A stretch of 14,429 nucleotides of DNA. Origin: Pseudobacteriovorax sp. (GTDB lineage Bacteria > Bdellovibrionota_B > Oligoflexia > Oligoflexales > Oligoflexaceae). This document shows, piece by piece, positions 6,378-14,429 of the stretch. The stretch lies in contig JBNKNM010000140.1 in NCBI GenBank assembly GCA_050293845.1, forward strand, positions 1-14,429. The letters run 5' to 3'. Position 1 is the stretch's first letter, and each line of letters starts with the position of its first letter. The translations under genes were made by a program, and so were the position numbers. The notes below the pieces were generated by a model, which was not told the origin of the DNA, did no database searches, and worked only from the letters and a program-made list of their open reading frames with translations.

Positions 6378-7199
6378 ATGAGAATCAATAGGTTTTTGAC
6401 CTTACTATTTCTGGGGCTCATGGCCCTACCGAGCCAGATTCAGCAGCGCAGTAACTTGCCGCTGCCCGTTGCTCCCCATACTTTCACAGCTCAGAAATTT
6501 CTTAGTATGACGAATTCCCTGGAGCGCAATAAAAGGGAGTACGCAGCAGTTCAGTTAATCATTAATGGTCATGTACCATCATTTCTTCAGCAACTCAAAA
6601 AAGTTACTATACATGAGCAAAAACATACTCTAACTTTTTGGACTTTTGCCGACTACATTTCCATTGGTAACGACCTTGATTACATGATTTATCCATTAAA
6701 CTTACACAACGCTCTATCTCTTGCTGAACATTTGAGGATGATTCTACCAACTACCAAGCTTGTAGACACCATTTATGCTCAAGCAGATTATAGGTTATCT
6801 CCACAACCTCTACCGGCCTCTCTTAAAATGTCTACCAACATGTATATATCCCAGCATCAAGAGCTCTTACTCAAAAATTTTCCAGCTAAACGCCGTTATG
6901 GGCTTATCGCAGGCCATAAAAAAGATGTAGTCATATCAAAACTTTTATTGAAATATCCGCATCGCCTGGCCATATATGGATGGCATCGAAAAAACTATAC
7001 CCCCATTCAACCACTAAGCCTGTATCATGAAGCCGATTATTCTGATTACAGTCATGGGATTCGCTTGGTTTCTAGGAAAGCTCTATTGGATGGTAAACCT
7101 ATCGATCTAAAAAACCTTCTTAAAGACCCTAGTCTATCTTATTTAATCAGCTATGAAGGTGCTATCGATTTGGACCTATTGATGAAAAACACCAACTAA
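6378..7199 (+). CDS. Conserved hypothetical exported protein with His-containing motifs
   Basis: Signal-peptide-like MRINRFLTLLFLGLMALPS at ATG 6378 (preferred over TTG 6303); motifs LPTTKLVDTIY, LIAGHKKDVV, AIYGWH, PIQPL, DYSHGIRLV. Confidence 0.85.
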   Translation: MRINRFLTLLFLGLMALPSQIQQRSNLPLPVAPHTFTAQKFLSMTNSLERNKREYAAVQLIINGHVPSFLQQLKKVTIHEQKHTLTFWTFADYISIGNDLDYMIYPLNLHNALSLAEHLRMILPTTKLVDTIYAQADYRLSPQPLPASLKMSTNMYISQHQELLLKNFPAKRRYGLIAGHKKDVVISKLLLKYPHRLAIYGWHRKNYTPIQPLSLYHEADYSDYSHGIRLVSRKALLDGKPIDLKNLLKDPSLSYLISYEGAIDLDLLMKNTN

Positions 7200-7260
7200 A
7201 TAGCTAAGACTCTTGCTTCAGGTTACAAGTATAGTCGCACAGAATAATTTTCCAAAAATT

Positions 7261-9372
7261 TTAAGAAGCCTGAGATTTCACAAGCTCTTTAGATCGAGGT
7301 TTTAGCTCTATTTTCTTAATAAAAAACTTATTCACTTCCTTTGTAAGTTTTGGTTCGAAAAATATTTTATGGCAACAAATTTGTCCTGGACTAACTTTCA
7401 AAGATTCCAAAAGTTCTTTTCCCTGTCGGCTCAGTTCCTCTAGCTTTTCTTTTTGATTATCTAAAGTATCAACTTTAGGCGGCTTCAGCTTAAAGGTTTC
7501 ACCGTCCTTAAGGGACTTAGCTAACCGTGTTTTCAGACTCTTAATTCTTTTTCCCATAGATGACTCCAGGTCAAATGGCAAATCTTTTAAGAGTTCATAA
7601 GCTTTTTCTTCTGATCCTGTACGAATGAATCCAAGGCTCAGATTATAAGCTAAAATATTACGAATTAACATCCTATCTTCAGGAATGGAAGCTATAGCAT
7701 TTTGGTACAAACGAATGCCAGCTTCGAACGATTGAGTACGAATAAGTGCTACAGCACGGTTGTTAGTGTACGAAACAATTTCTTCTAAGGAATCTAATTT
7801 TGACATTAGCTGTTTAGTCAAATTTTCATTATGATGCTTCAAGGCACCTTTCACCTTTGTTTCATGCACTGCTGTATGATCTTCATCCAATAACATGGCC
7901 TCTTCCAAGGAATCTTTATAGCTTTCATCATCTCCATTTTCAAGATGTGCTTCTGCAATACGACAAATTCTTTCTACGTTTTTTGGAGACATCATTTGTG
8001 CATTTTCCAAACAACGAAGAGCTGCCTCGAACTCACGCAGCTTCATCATAGCTTTTCCTAAAATATTGAGGGCATCAAGGGAGTTTCCCATCAATTTTAG
8101 AGAGTTTAATGCAGCTTCTTTTGCTACCAAATAATAGCCTGCATTATAGGCTACAAGTGCTTTTACATAGAGGCGATCGGCCTCGTTAACTTTTTCATTC
8201 TCAATATACTTTTTTTGGAGCAAGGCAATATTCTCTTGGTTTTTTTCTTTTAAAGCATAGATTAATTTTTGTAGGATCATAAATGGCTCAGTGGGACACC
8301 GATCTTGATTGATAATCCAAATAATATCTTGCAGAAAATTTTCTTTTACCAGCGGTTTTCGAATGCGATCAGTAACCCCCATTTCCCTCAATATCGGCAT
8401 ATCTGACTCCATCAAATCCTTGTTGATAACCGTAAGAGGTATGCTGATACCTAGCAGATCTCTGAGTTTTTGAACAAGAATAGGGCCCTCTAAGGTTGGA
8501 AAACTCCATTCAAAAATGATAATATCAATCCGCAGCTTACTTTTGATAAAGTCAAATACCGACTCTGGATTACTGAACACCTTTATATCAGGCACCCCAA
8601 GTTCTGTAAGAAAGGTTTCCGCAATTTTAAGATCTTTTACATTAGGATCAATAACGATGCATCTTTCAATACCAAGCACGTTAATACTCTGTACAGTTTG
8701 TTGATTTTCCTCACCACTATATCCACATGCGACCTGACCATCGCGCACTCGCTCTTCCAAAGAAGGGTTCACTGCTAACGTTTGCCGCCAAAGTGCCACT
8801 GCTTCTCCATGTTTGCCGCATAAATAATTAGATTCTGCCATTGAAGCAAGCAGATCAGCCTGCCCTGGATTCAGTTTTAACAACTGCTTTTCAAAACTCA
8901 GCAATTTATGTATTTGCTTTGTATCCCTAAGGTAGCAGCGTATATAGTGAGCTGCCACAAGATCCTGCTTTCCTGAATAACGATCAACCAGATCAAAAAG
9001 TTCATTAAAGGCAGTTTCGACATGATCCTTAGTTTCCAAACCGACATGATATGATAATAGACCCAGATCAAAAGCTTTACCAAGAACCATGATCTCGTCA
9101 TTAGAAAGTAACAGTGAAATTCGAAGATCCAGAGTTAAATGATTCGTAGTGACGTATGATAATATTTGCAAGGCATTAGTATCACTGTCTCCCAATGGAC
9201 AAATAAGCCAGTCGATTTTAGCGGTTTCCAGTATTTCAACAACAGTTTTAAAGTCTGGTACTCCACTCACTTCCGTGTAGCCACGACTTCGTAGAGATGT
9301 ATTTATAAGCTGACGTTTCGCTCCACTAGGATTCACTGTTACAATAACAATATCTTGCTTGGTCAACTTCAT
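7261..9372 (-). CDS. Tandem pseudo-receiver/TPR protein (REC*-TPR-REC*-TPR)
   Basis: Two receiver-like segments (..KIDWLICPL.. and CIVIDPN..IDIIIFEWSFPTLEG..DRIRKP) and TPR helices (ALNILGKAMMKLREFEAALRCLENAQMMSP; TNNRAVALIRTQSFEAGIRLYQNA; YNLSLGF). Start at ATG 9372 with SD AGGAGAG 8 nt upstream. Confidence 0.87.
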   Translation of the reverse strand: MKLTKQDIVIVTVNPSGAKRQLINTSLRSRGYTEVSGVPDFKTVVEILETAKIDWLICPLGDSDTNALQILSYVTTNHLTLDLRISLLLSNDEIMVLGKAFDLGLLSYHVGLETKDHVETAFNELFDLVDRYSGKQDLVAAHYIRCYLRDTKQIHKLLSFEKQLLKLNPGQADLLASMAESNYLCGKHGEAVALWRQTLAVNPSLEERVRDGQVACGYSGEENQQTVQSINVLGIERCIVIDPNVKDLKIAETFLTELGVPDIKVFSNPESVFDFIKSKLRIDIIIFEWSFPTLEGPILVQKLRDLLGISIPLTVINKDLMESDMPILREMGVTDRIRKPLVKENFLQDIIWIINQDRCPTEPFMILQKLIYALKEKNQENIALLQKKYIENEKVNEADRLYVKALVAYNAGYYLVAKEAALNSLKLMGNSLDALNILGKAMMKLREFEAALRCLENAQMMSPKNVERICRIAEAHLENGDDESYKDSLEEAMLLDEDHTAVHETKVKGALKHHNENLTKQLMSKLDSLEEIVSYTNNRAVALIRTQSFEAGIRLYQNAIASIPEDRMLIRNILAYNLSLGFIRTGSEEKAYELLKDLPFDLESSMGKRIKSLKTRLAKSLKDGETFKLKPPKVDTLDNQKEKLEELSRQGKELLESLKVSPGQICCHKIFFEPKLTKEVNKFFIKKIELKPRSKELVKSQAS

Positions 9373-9394
9373 AAACCATACTCTCCTATTTTTT

Positions 9395-9421
9395 ATATCG
9401 GTGAGCATTTCCAATTATTTA
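9395..9421 (-). promoter_or_regulatory. sigma28 (FliA)-type promoter
   Basis: TAAA-N15-ACCGATAT against consensus TAAA-N15-GCCGATAA; sits just upstream of the SD. Confidence 0.72.
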
Positions 9422-9560
9422 CTCAGGTGGCAGTTATGATGTGCGCAGCATCATTATCCCCTTTTTCAGGGAGACACAAACTCTTTCAAAAAAATAAATT
9501 TTTTAAATAACTGATATTATATGGATTATTTAGCATTTTCTAGATTTGTTTTATTGATAA

Positions 9561-9588
9561 TAAAGCTCCTCTTTAGAAAAACCGATGG
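9561..9588 (+). promoter_or_regulatory. Candidate sigma28-type promoter
   Basis: TAAA-N16-ACCGATGG, 45 nt upstream of ATG 9634. Confidence 0.5.
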
Positions 9589-9633
9589 CTCCATGATCGT
9601 TTTAAGATCAAACACATAGAGGGGGACCACAAC

Positions 9634-10458
9634 ATGCAAGCAACAAAGCAGCTATACTATGTAACTACAATTCTAGCCATTTACCTTTTTGCTTGTGATC
9701 GAGAAGACCCTATGGCTCCTGAAAGCTCTATAGAAGAAACTTTTACGGAGCAAAGTGCAGACTCTATACTAGTTAAAAACCCAGACTTAGACTCCCACAG
9801 AGATTCTTCAGAAGAAGAAACCACCATTGAAGAAGAACTGACGGTACCTGAAACACCATCTGACGAAGCAGAAAAGGAAGATGGTGATGTTATTGACACA
9901 CCAAACCTCGCAACCTATTCCATATACCGTATTAATATTTCAATGATGAAAAATTCATGCCCTGGTAACACGGTTAATATAGAAGAATTGAAATTCAAAT
10001 ATAAGGGTGAATATCTATCTGATACTTTCTCTTCTTATCCTAATGATCCCAATCCTATATATAATGATGGGAGTATTGGTGTTTACCCTGCTACTATTTC
10101 TACAAGTGGTGATTATAATGCGTTCTATCCTTTCGAAGCTTTCGGTGGTGGTTATGGAGCAGGATGGTGGTCGTCTCAAAATTCCTTTGAAGAAAAAACC
10201 CCTGCTCCGGCAATAACGGATGTTTGGTTTGAAGTTTCGTTTGGGGATCAACAGTTGGGTTTTGATGCCATATATATTAACGGTGGTTCTACTCTCTTGG
10301 GAAACAATTTTAAGTCCTGCTCTCCACAAAACTTTACCATTACGGGCAGTAATAATGGTATCGATTGGCAAGTATTAGCTAATGTAAGAGATCAAGACAC
10401 CGAGGAAGGCATGGAGATCAAGCTGGACTATCCAGAACTTATTTCATCACAAAGTTAG
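9634..10458 (+). CDS. Lipoprotein with acidic low-complexity linker and C-terminal discoidin/F5-8 type C-like domain
   Basis: SD GAGGGGG; lipobox LFAC; E/D/S/T-rich linker; SPQNFTITGSNNGIDWQVL is typical of galactose-binding-like folds. Confidence 0.8.
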   Translation: MQATKQLYYVTTILAIYLFACDREDPMAPESSIEETFTEQSADSILVKNPDLDSHRDSSEEETTIEEELTVPETPSDEAEKEDGDVIDTPNLATYSIYRINISMMKNSCPGNTVNIEELKFKYKGEYLSDTFSSYPNDPNPIYNDGSIGVYPATISTSGDYNAFYPFEAFGGGYGAGWWSSQNSFEEKTPAPAITDVWFEVSFGDQQLGFDAIYINGGSTLLGNNFKSCSPQNFTITGSNNGIDWQVLANVRDQDTEEGMEIKLDYPELISSQS

Positions 10459-10476
10459 CTTTCAATATTTCAACCA

Positions 10477-11100
10477 TCATCCCTTCTTCAATCCTCCCAG
10501 GACCAGTTTCAGGATGGTTTCAACTGTTTCCTGTTGTACTGTAGTTTCTTCGATATCAAGCCCCATGAAGTTCTTAATGGCCTGACGTAGCAAAGACAGA
10601 TTTCTTACAAATGACACAACAAGTAAGCCTACTAATCGCGCATCAAGATCTTCTTTAACAAAATTCTTTTTTTGCGCAGTTTGAATAAATTCGATGATAT
10701 TCTGCAAAACAGTAAAGTGATGTTCTCTAAAAACTTCTTCACCAATATCACCTTGATTGTGGATGACCTGCTCAATGATTCTCTGCACATCAAAATTATG
10801 AACGCTACCGCGAACCAACTCTTCGACTAGCATTTTAAACCTAAAGGCAAATTCCTCAGCACTTTCAATATCACCTAAAATTCTTTGGACTCGTGAATGG
10901 GTTTCAATACCAGCTTTTTCCAAGATATTTCTATAAAGTTCTTCTTTACCACCAAAATGGTAATTTATAAGGCTGGGATTGACCCCTGCAATTCTTGCTA
11001 TATCTCTGACAGATGTTTCATGATAGCCTTTTTCAGCAAATAATTTCGTTGCTGCTTGTAATAACTTATCGGTTGCCTTTTCTTTTTTCTCAGTTTTCAT
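10477..11100 (-). CDS. TetR/AcrR family transcriptional regulator
   Basis: LLQAATKLFAEKGYHETSVRDIARIAGVNPSLINYHFGGKEELY; SD GGAGG. Confidence 0.96.
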   Translation of the reverse strand: MKTEKKEKATDKLLQAATKLFAEKGYHETSVRDIARIAGVNPSLINYHFGGKEELYRNILEKAGIETHSRVQRILGDIESAEEFAFRFKMLVEELVRGSVHNFDVQRIIEQVIHNQGDIGEEVFREHHFTVLQNIIEFIQTAQKKNFVKEDLDARLVGLLVVSFVRNLSLLRQAIKNFMGLDIEETTVQQETVETILKLVLGGLKKG

Positions 11101-11123
11101 AATACCTCCAGTAAGACAAGTTT

Positions 11124-11151
11124 CTTTCGGTTAACTATTTTAAACAGTTTA
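11124..11151 (-). promoter_or_regulatory. Candidate sigma28-type promoter for the TetR gene
   Basis: TAAA-N16-ACCGAAAG, 13 nt upstream of the GGAGG SD. Confidence 0.5.
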
Positions 11152-11370
11152 GCCCCTTCCTCAAAACTTCGTTTAACTTTAATTTTAAGTGAACAAAATA
11201 CTTTGTGTAGTCCGATATTTTCCAAAAAATAAAAAATTTTTAGATGGCAAAGTTACCGTGGTACAACTATAAAATTTTTCCAAAGGGGTTAAATTTATTA
11301 GCTTGTCTTTATCGCAACATTAATTTATGTGTACGAACACTACTCTTATGGATAGGATGAAGGGGTGAAT

Positions 11371-12780
11371 ATGCATTTCCTTAGGACTCTATTGTTATTT
11401 TTCTTATGGATTTTTAGTCTTTCATATACTGGATTAGCAGAGCCTTGGCTGGGAAGTCGTTTTTCACAGAATTGTGCAGGTTGCCACTCCCCTGGACGTA
11501 AAAACGTTGTGGCCTCAAAGAGGAGGTGCAGTCTAAGCTGCCAAGGTTGCCATGTAAACCCCAATGGCGGCGGCTTACGTAGCCAATATGGCAAGTGGAA
11601 CGAGGAGCGCTGGCTAAAGTCTTACAGTCTGAATTTTTTCAAATCAAAAAAAACACCTGCCCCCCTCAGTGAACAGAGTTACGCCAAGGGTACTAATCAC
11701 AACCCCTCAAAGCTGAAAATAGTAAGCCATCAGAATATAGATGAAACATTATATGATCGCTCTGATAGACGGGAATTTGAAATTGTCGGGGAAGAGGAAT
11801 ATCTCGCTCAGATCCCTCTAGAAGATCCATATTATTTATCCCAACAAAAGGTTCTCGCAGGTGCCGACCTTCGTTTTCTAAATTTACAAGACCGGACTTC
11901 TGATACTAGTCGCACCTTTTTAATGAGTGCTGATGTTGGCACTCAATTCAAACCTACCACGGAACACCTTAGCATTGTGTATGAAGCCAGATTGCTGGGG
12001 CAATTTACCGGAAACATCCTCGACGAGCAAATCAACAACGTTCAAACACGATCTTTATACCTCATGGTTAATGATCTTCCCTACAACACATTCGTTATGG
12101 CGGGATATTATCGCCCCTTATTCGGCAATGATCACCCGGACCACACGCGCCTGTCGCGAAAAATACTCTCCTCCAGTCTTACTAACAATTCCCGCAGCTC
12201 CTACCTTATCAATTATAAAGCTGCTAGTATTGGAACAGCCCCTAATGTGCCCTACTTCAACTTTCACATCCTTCAAAACCAAATTGATAACGCCCGCCCC
12301 CTCAATAAAACTAATGGCTTTGTAGCTAATGCGGGGTTACGGTTCGTCACTCTAGGAGCCTCGATCAATTATAGCTATTGGCAGCAACGTACTCCCGAGG
12401 TGGACGCGAGGGATACTAAGGTAAAAATGCATAATGTCTACTTGACATCCACCTTAGGAATGAATAGACTGCACCTCGGTCTAGAAGCCATCTCCACGAT
12501 GGTAGAGCGGGGTCCTGATACCTATAAAGCAGCTGTTTTCACAGTGGAATCCTATCTGCGGTTTTTTCGTCAAGCATATATAACTGCTGAATATGCTTCG
12601 GCAAATTCCGACGAAGACTTAAAAGAAGGAAACTCAAAGCAATATAAACTAGGGCTGAAGTGGTTTTTGACCCCCGGCTTTGAAATCCAAAGTCAATACA
12701 CCGTAGAAAAATTGATCAGCAGTAACTCAGATGATGGTAAATACGAATATATAACTGCCCAGTTTCATCTGTTCTACTAG
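11371..12780 (+). CDS. Di-heme cytochrome c fused to a probable outer-membrane beta-barrel (Cyc2-like architecture)
   Basis: Signal peptide ending GLA; CAGCH (11473-11487) and CQGCH (11539-11553); C-terminal ~300 aa of alternating amphipathic strands ending YITAQFHLFY. ATG 11371 preferred over GTG 11365. Confidence 0.82.
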   Translation: MHFLRTLLLFFLWIFSLSYTGLAEPWLGSRFSQNCAGCHSPGRKNVVASKRRCSLSCQGCHVNPNGGGLRSQYGKWNEERWLKSYSLNFFKSKKTPAPLSEQSYAKGTNHNPSKLKIVSHQNIDETLYDRSDRREFEIVGEEEYLAQIPLEDPYYLSQQKVLAGADLRFLNLQDRTSDTSRTFLMSADVGTQFKPTTEHLSIVYEARLLGQFTGNILDEQINNVQTRSLYLMVNDLPYNTFVMAGYYRPLFGNDHPDHTRLSRKILSSSLTNNSRSSYLINYKAASIGTAPNVPYFNFHILQNQIDNARPLNKTNGFVANAGLRFVTLGASINYSYWQQRTPEVDARDTKVKMHNVYLTSTLGMNRLHLGLEAISTMVERGPDTYKAAVFTVESYLRFFRQAYITAEYASANSDEDLKEGNSKQYKLGLKWFLTPGFEIQSQYTVEKLISSNSDDGKYEYITAQFHLFY

Positions 12781-12791
12781 GGGAGTTTACC

Positions 12792-13193
12792 ATGCGCCTT
12801 TTGACATTTTTTTATATTTGCTTCGTTTTAAGTTCATGTGGGCTAGATAAATATGAGCACAGCACTACTGAATCAGTAAAAACCCAAGCTGATAATAACC
12901 AAAGCTTGGGAGATCGCTGCGAAATCCTAGAGTTAGCCTACCAAAGCAATATGAAACCAATCATTGAATCAAGATGCAAAAACTGCCACTTTCCGGGCGC
13001 AGGGGTTTTTCCCTTTATTCCAGGAGATGATGCCACCAACATTCAAACTTTTGCAAATCTTCTCGATGGAACACCAGAAACCATCATAAAAAAAGTCACG
13101 GCTCAAATACCCCATGGCGGTGGCAAACAGGTTCAAAAAGCAGAAGAAAAGAATATTGAGTTATTTTTTCAGGCTAAAGCTCTTTGCAACTAG
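12792..13193 (+). CDS. Mono-heme c-type cytochrome lipoprotein
   Basis: SD GGGAG, 11 nt after the upstream stop; lipobox LSSC; MKPIIESRCKNCH; downstream PHGGG as candidate distal His ligand. Confidence 0.85.
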   Translation: MRLLTFFYICFVLSSCGLDKYEHSTTESVKTQADNNQSLGDRCEILELAYQSNMKPIIESRCKNCHFPGAGVFPFIPGDDATNIQTFANLLDGTPETIIKKVTAQIPHGGGKQVQKAEEKNIELFFQAKALCN

Positions 13194-13261
13194 AGATTAG
13201 ATTCAGCATTTTTACTACATCGAGAGAGGCTAACTCCTGTGGCAAGCGCATCTACTTCACA

Positions 13262-13287
13262 CTGGAAAATGTGAACTGGTTTTCCAG
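13262..13287. terminator. Inverted repeat between convergent genes; possible terminator
   Basis: CTGGAAAA-N10-TTTTCCAG; weak AT-rich stem without a clear U-tract. Confidence 0.3.
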
Positions 13288-13294
13288 ATATACG

Positions 13295-14143
13295 CTATAA
13301 CGGCAGTGTTACACAGGTGATTTTGTCGAATATAACTGTATCTTTTCGATTAATAAATTTTAAGAACCTAGTATTAGCTAGTGGTGAAATGTCCATTTCA
13401 CCACTAGCTTTTAAATTTCCTAAATAGTTCCAAGGACCTTCAGGCCAATGGCTGGTAAACACTTCCAAACCTACATTATTACCCTCGAGTGCGATAGAAA
13501 GGTCATAACCAGGCAGGTTGGGGACTGTTCTGCGAGATCTCAGTATTAATGTTTCCTGCTTTCCTAAGGTGTAGGGTAGTTTAAAAACAGCTTCCCGGCG
13601 ATTCTTAGTGTTTCCAGATACAGACAGATGTTTCGTTACACGGTCCACCCTAGTGCACAAGCGCTTGGGGCGTTCGCAATAGGAGAAAGGCTTCACTCTG
13701 AGTTCATAAAGAGTAAGTTCCCCCTGCCCTTCCCACTCAAGCTTGATTTGACTATTAAGATGTGAAGAGAGGAAACTTTTAGCATAGAATTGTTCGATCT
13801 CGCGATGACTAAGTACAATTTTTCGATCATTAACCTTAAGCTTTCCATGATCTGTATTCTCTACCCGATATCGGAACTCAACGTAAACATAGGGAAATTG
13901 ATCCGTTTCGGGTAAGGTAACATTGGTGCTTTGTTTTTGAGTAATTTTAATATCAGTACGATAAAATGAATCTGAACTATATTCAATACAATGATTACCA
14001 GCTTTCGTTTCATAAGCTAAGCTGGGTAGATAGTGATCTAATGGGAGGTACACCTGGCTTAAAGGTGCATTCGTTTGACAAGCAATGATAAAAAATACAA
14101 TGCTGAAGTAATAGATGAAGACAAAGTATCTCATAGACCTCAC
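13295..14143 (-). CDS. Hypothetical probable lipoprotein, beta-strand rich
   Basis: Hydrophobic N-terminus with IIAC lipobox-like motif; GTG overlaps the kinase TAG (TAGTG); ATG 14134 is an alternative start. Confidence 0.78.
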   Translation of the reverse strand: MRSMRYFVFIYYFSIVFFIIACQTNAPLSQVYLPLDHYLPSLAYETKAGNHCIEYSSDSFYRTDIKITQKQSTNVTLPETDQFPYVYVEFRYRVENTDHGKLKVNDRKIVLSHREIEQFYAKSFLSSHLNSQIKLEWEGQGELTLYELRVKPFSYCERPKRLCTRVDRVTKHLSVSGNTKNRREAVFKLPYTLGKQETLILRSRRTVPNLPGYDLSIALEGNNVGLEVFTSHWPEGPWNYLGNLKASGEMDISPLANTRFLKFINRKDTVIFDKITCVTLPL

Positions 14144-14429
14144 TAGGAAACTGACTGCATTTTATCACTTAATTTATTTGGAATACTTACAATAAATCTA
14201 GCTCCATCATGGTAATTTTCATCTAAATATAGCTTTCCACCATGAGCTTCAACGATTTCTTTTGAAATATGAAGACCAAGACCAGTACCTGACTCCTTGC
14301 CTTGTGTAACAAAAGCATCAAAAAGATTTGTCTTTAATGCATCAGGAACACCAGGTCCTGTATCTGTCACCCAGATTTCAATACCTCCCATTTTGTTGAT
14401 ATGAGATGACAAAATCAGTTTTTCTCCTT
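14143..14429 (-). CDS. Sensor histidine kinase, C-terminal HATPase_c fragment (5' partial)
   Basis: G1 box DTGPG, F box LFDAFVT, G2 box GTGLGL, IVEAHGG; the frame stays open to the window edge. Confidence 0.93.
   Translation of the reverse strand, partial: GEKLILSSHINKMGGIEIWVTDTGPGVPDALKTNLFDAFVTQGKESGTGLGLHISKEIVEAHGGKLYLDENYHDGARFIVSIPNKLSDKMQSVS

Noticed and set aside
7857..9101. ORFs 7857-8051, 8516-8704 and 8898-9101
   Set aside because: Shadow or alternate-frame ORFs within the REC-TPR gene.
9681..10371. ORFs 9681-9899, 10007-10216 and 10015-10371
   Set aside because: Their Ser-rich and Ile/Leu-rich compositions are by-products of the lipoprotein's codon usage.
11191..11218. TCCGATAT sigma28-like -10 upstream of the cytochrome operon
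   Set aside because: No TAAA-like -35 at the right spacing, and it lies 150 nt from the start.
11346..12325. ORFs 11346-11594 and 11927-12325
   Set aside because: Overlap the cytochrome-barrel gene with no motifs or SD.
11371..12780. Calling the gene cyc2 (iron oxidase) outright
   Set aside because: It has two hemes rather than one, and no other iron-oxidation genes are in view; architecture alone does not establish function.
1..14429. CRISPR array, tRNA/rRNA, prophage or defence genes
   Set aside because: No regularly spaced direct repeats, cloverleaf or rRNA-like sequence, or recognisable phage or defence motifs were seen.

Overview
AT-rich chromosomal window whose gene repertoire (TIGR02147/DUF4423 HTH protein, tandem pseudo-receiver/TPR protein, many orphan secreted proteins and lipoproteins) suggests Bdellovibrionota/Oligoflexia; the taxonomy is inference only. 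From left to right: the left end of an IS200/IS605-family element inserted exactly at the ATG of a RimJ/RimL GNAT gene; a 10-Cys secreted protein with a Kazal-like region; a TIGR02147-type regulator coupled to a secreted protein; an exported zinc-free MsrB; an unannotated 42-aa ORF behind a sigma54-type promoter; a SpoIID/LytB lytic transglycosylase divergent from a 56-aa small ORF and a conserved His-rich hypothetical; a REC*-TPR-REC*-TPR protein; a discoidin-like lipoprotein; a TetR regulator; a two-gene module of a di-heme cytochrome c fused to a probable outer-membrane beta-barrel (Cyc2-like architecture) plus a mono-heme lipoprotein; another lipoprotein; and the 3' end of a histidine kinase. 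The strongest candidate for an undescribed system is the cytochrome-porin plus cytochrome-lipoprotein module (11371-13193). The window also carries three sigma54-type and three sigma28-type promoter motifs, which support several corrected start codons. All family calls come from motif recognition by eye; no searches were run.
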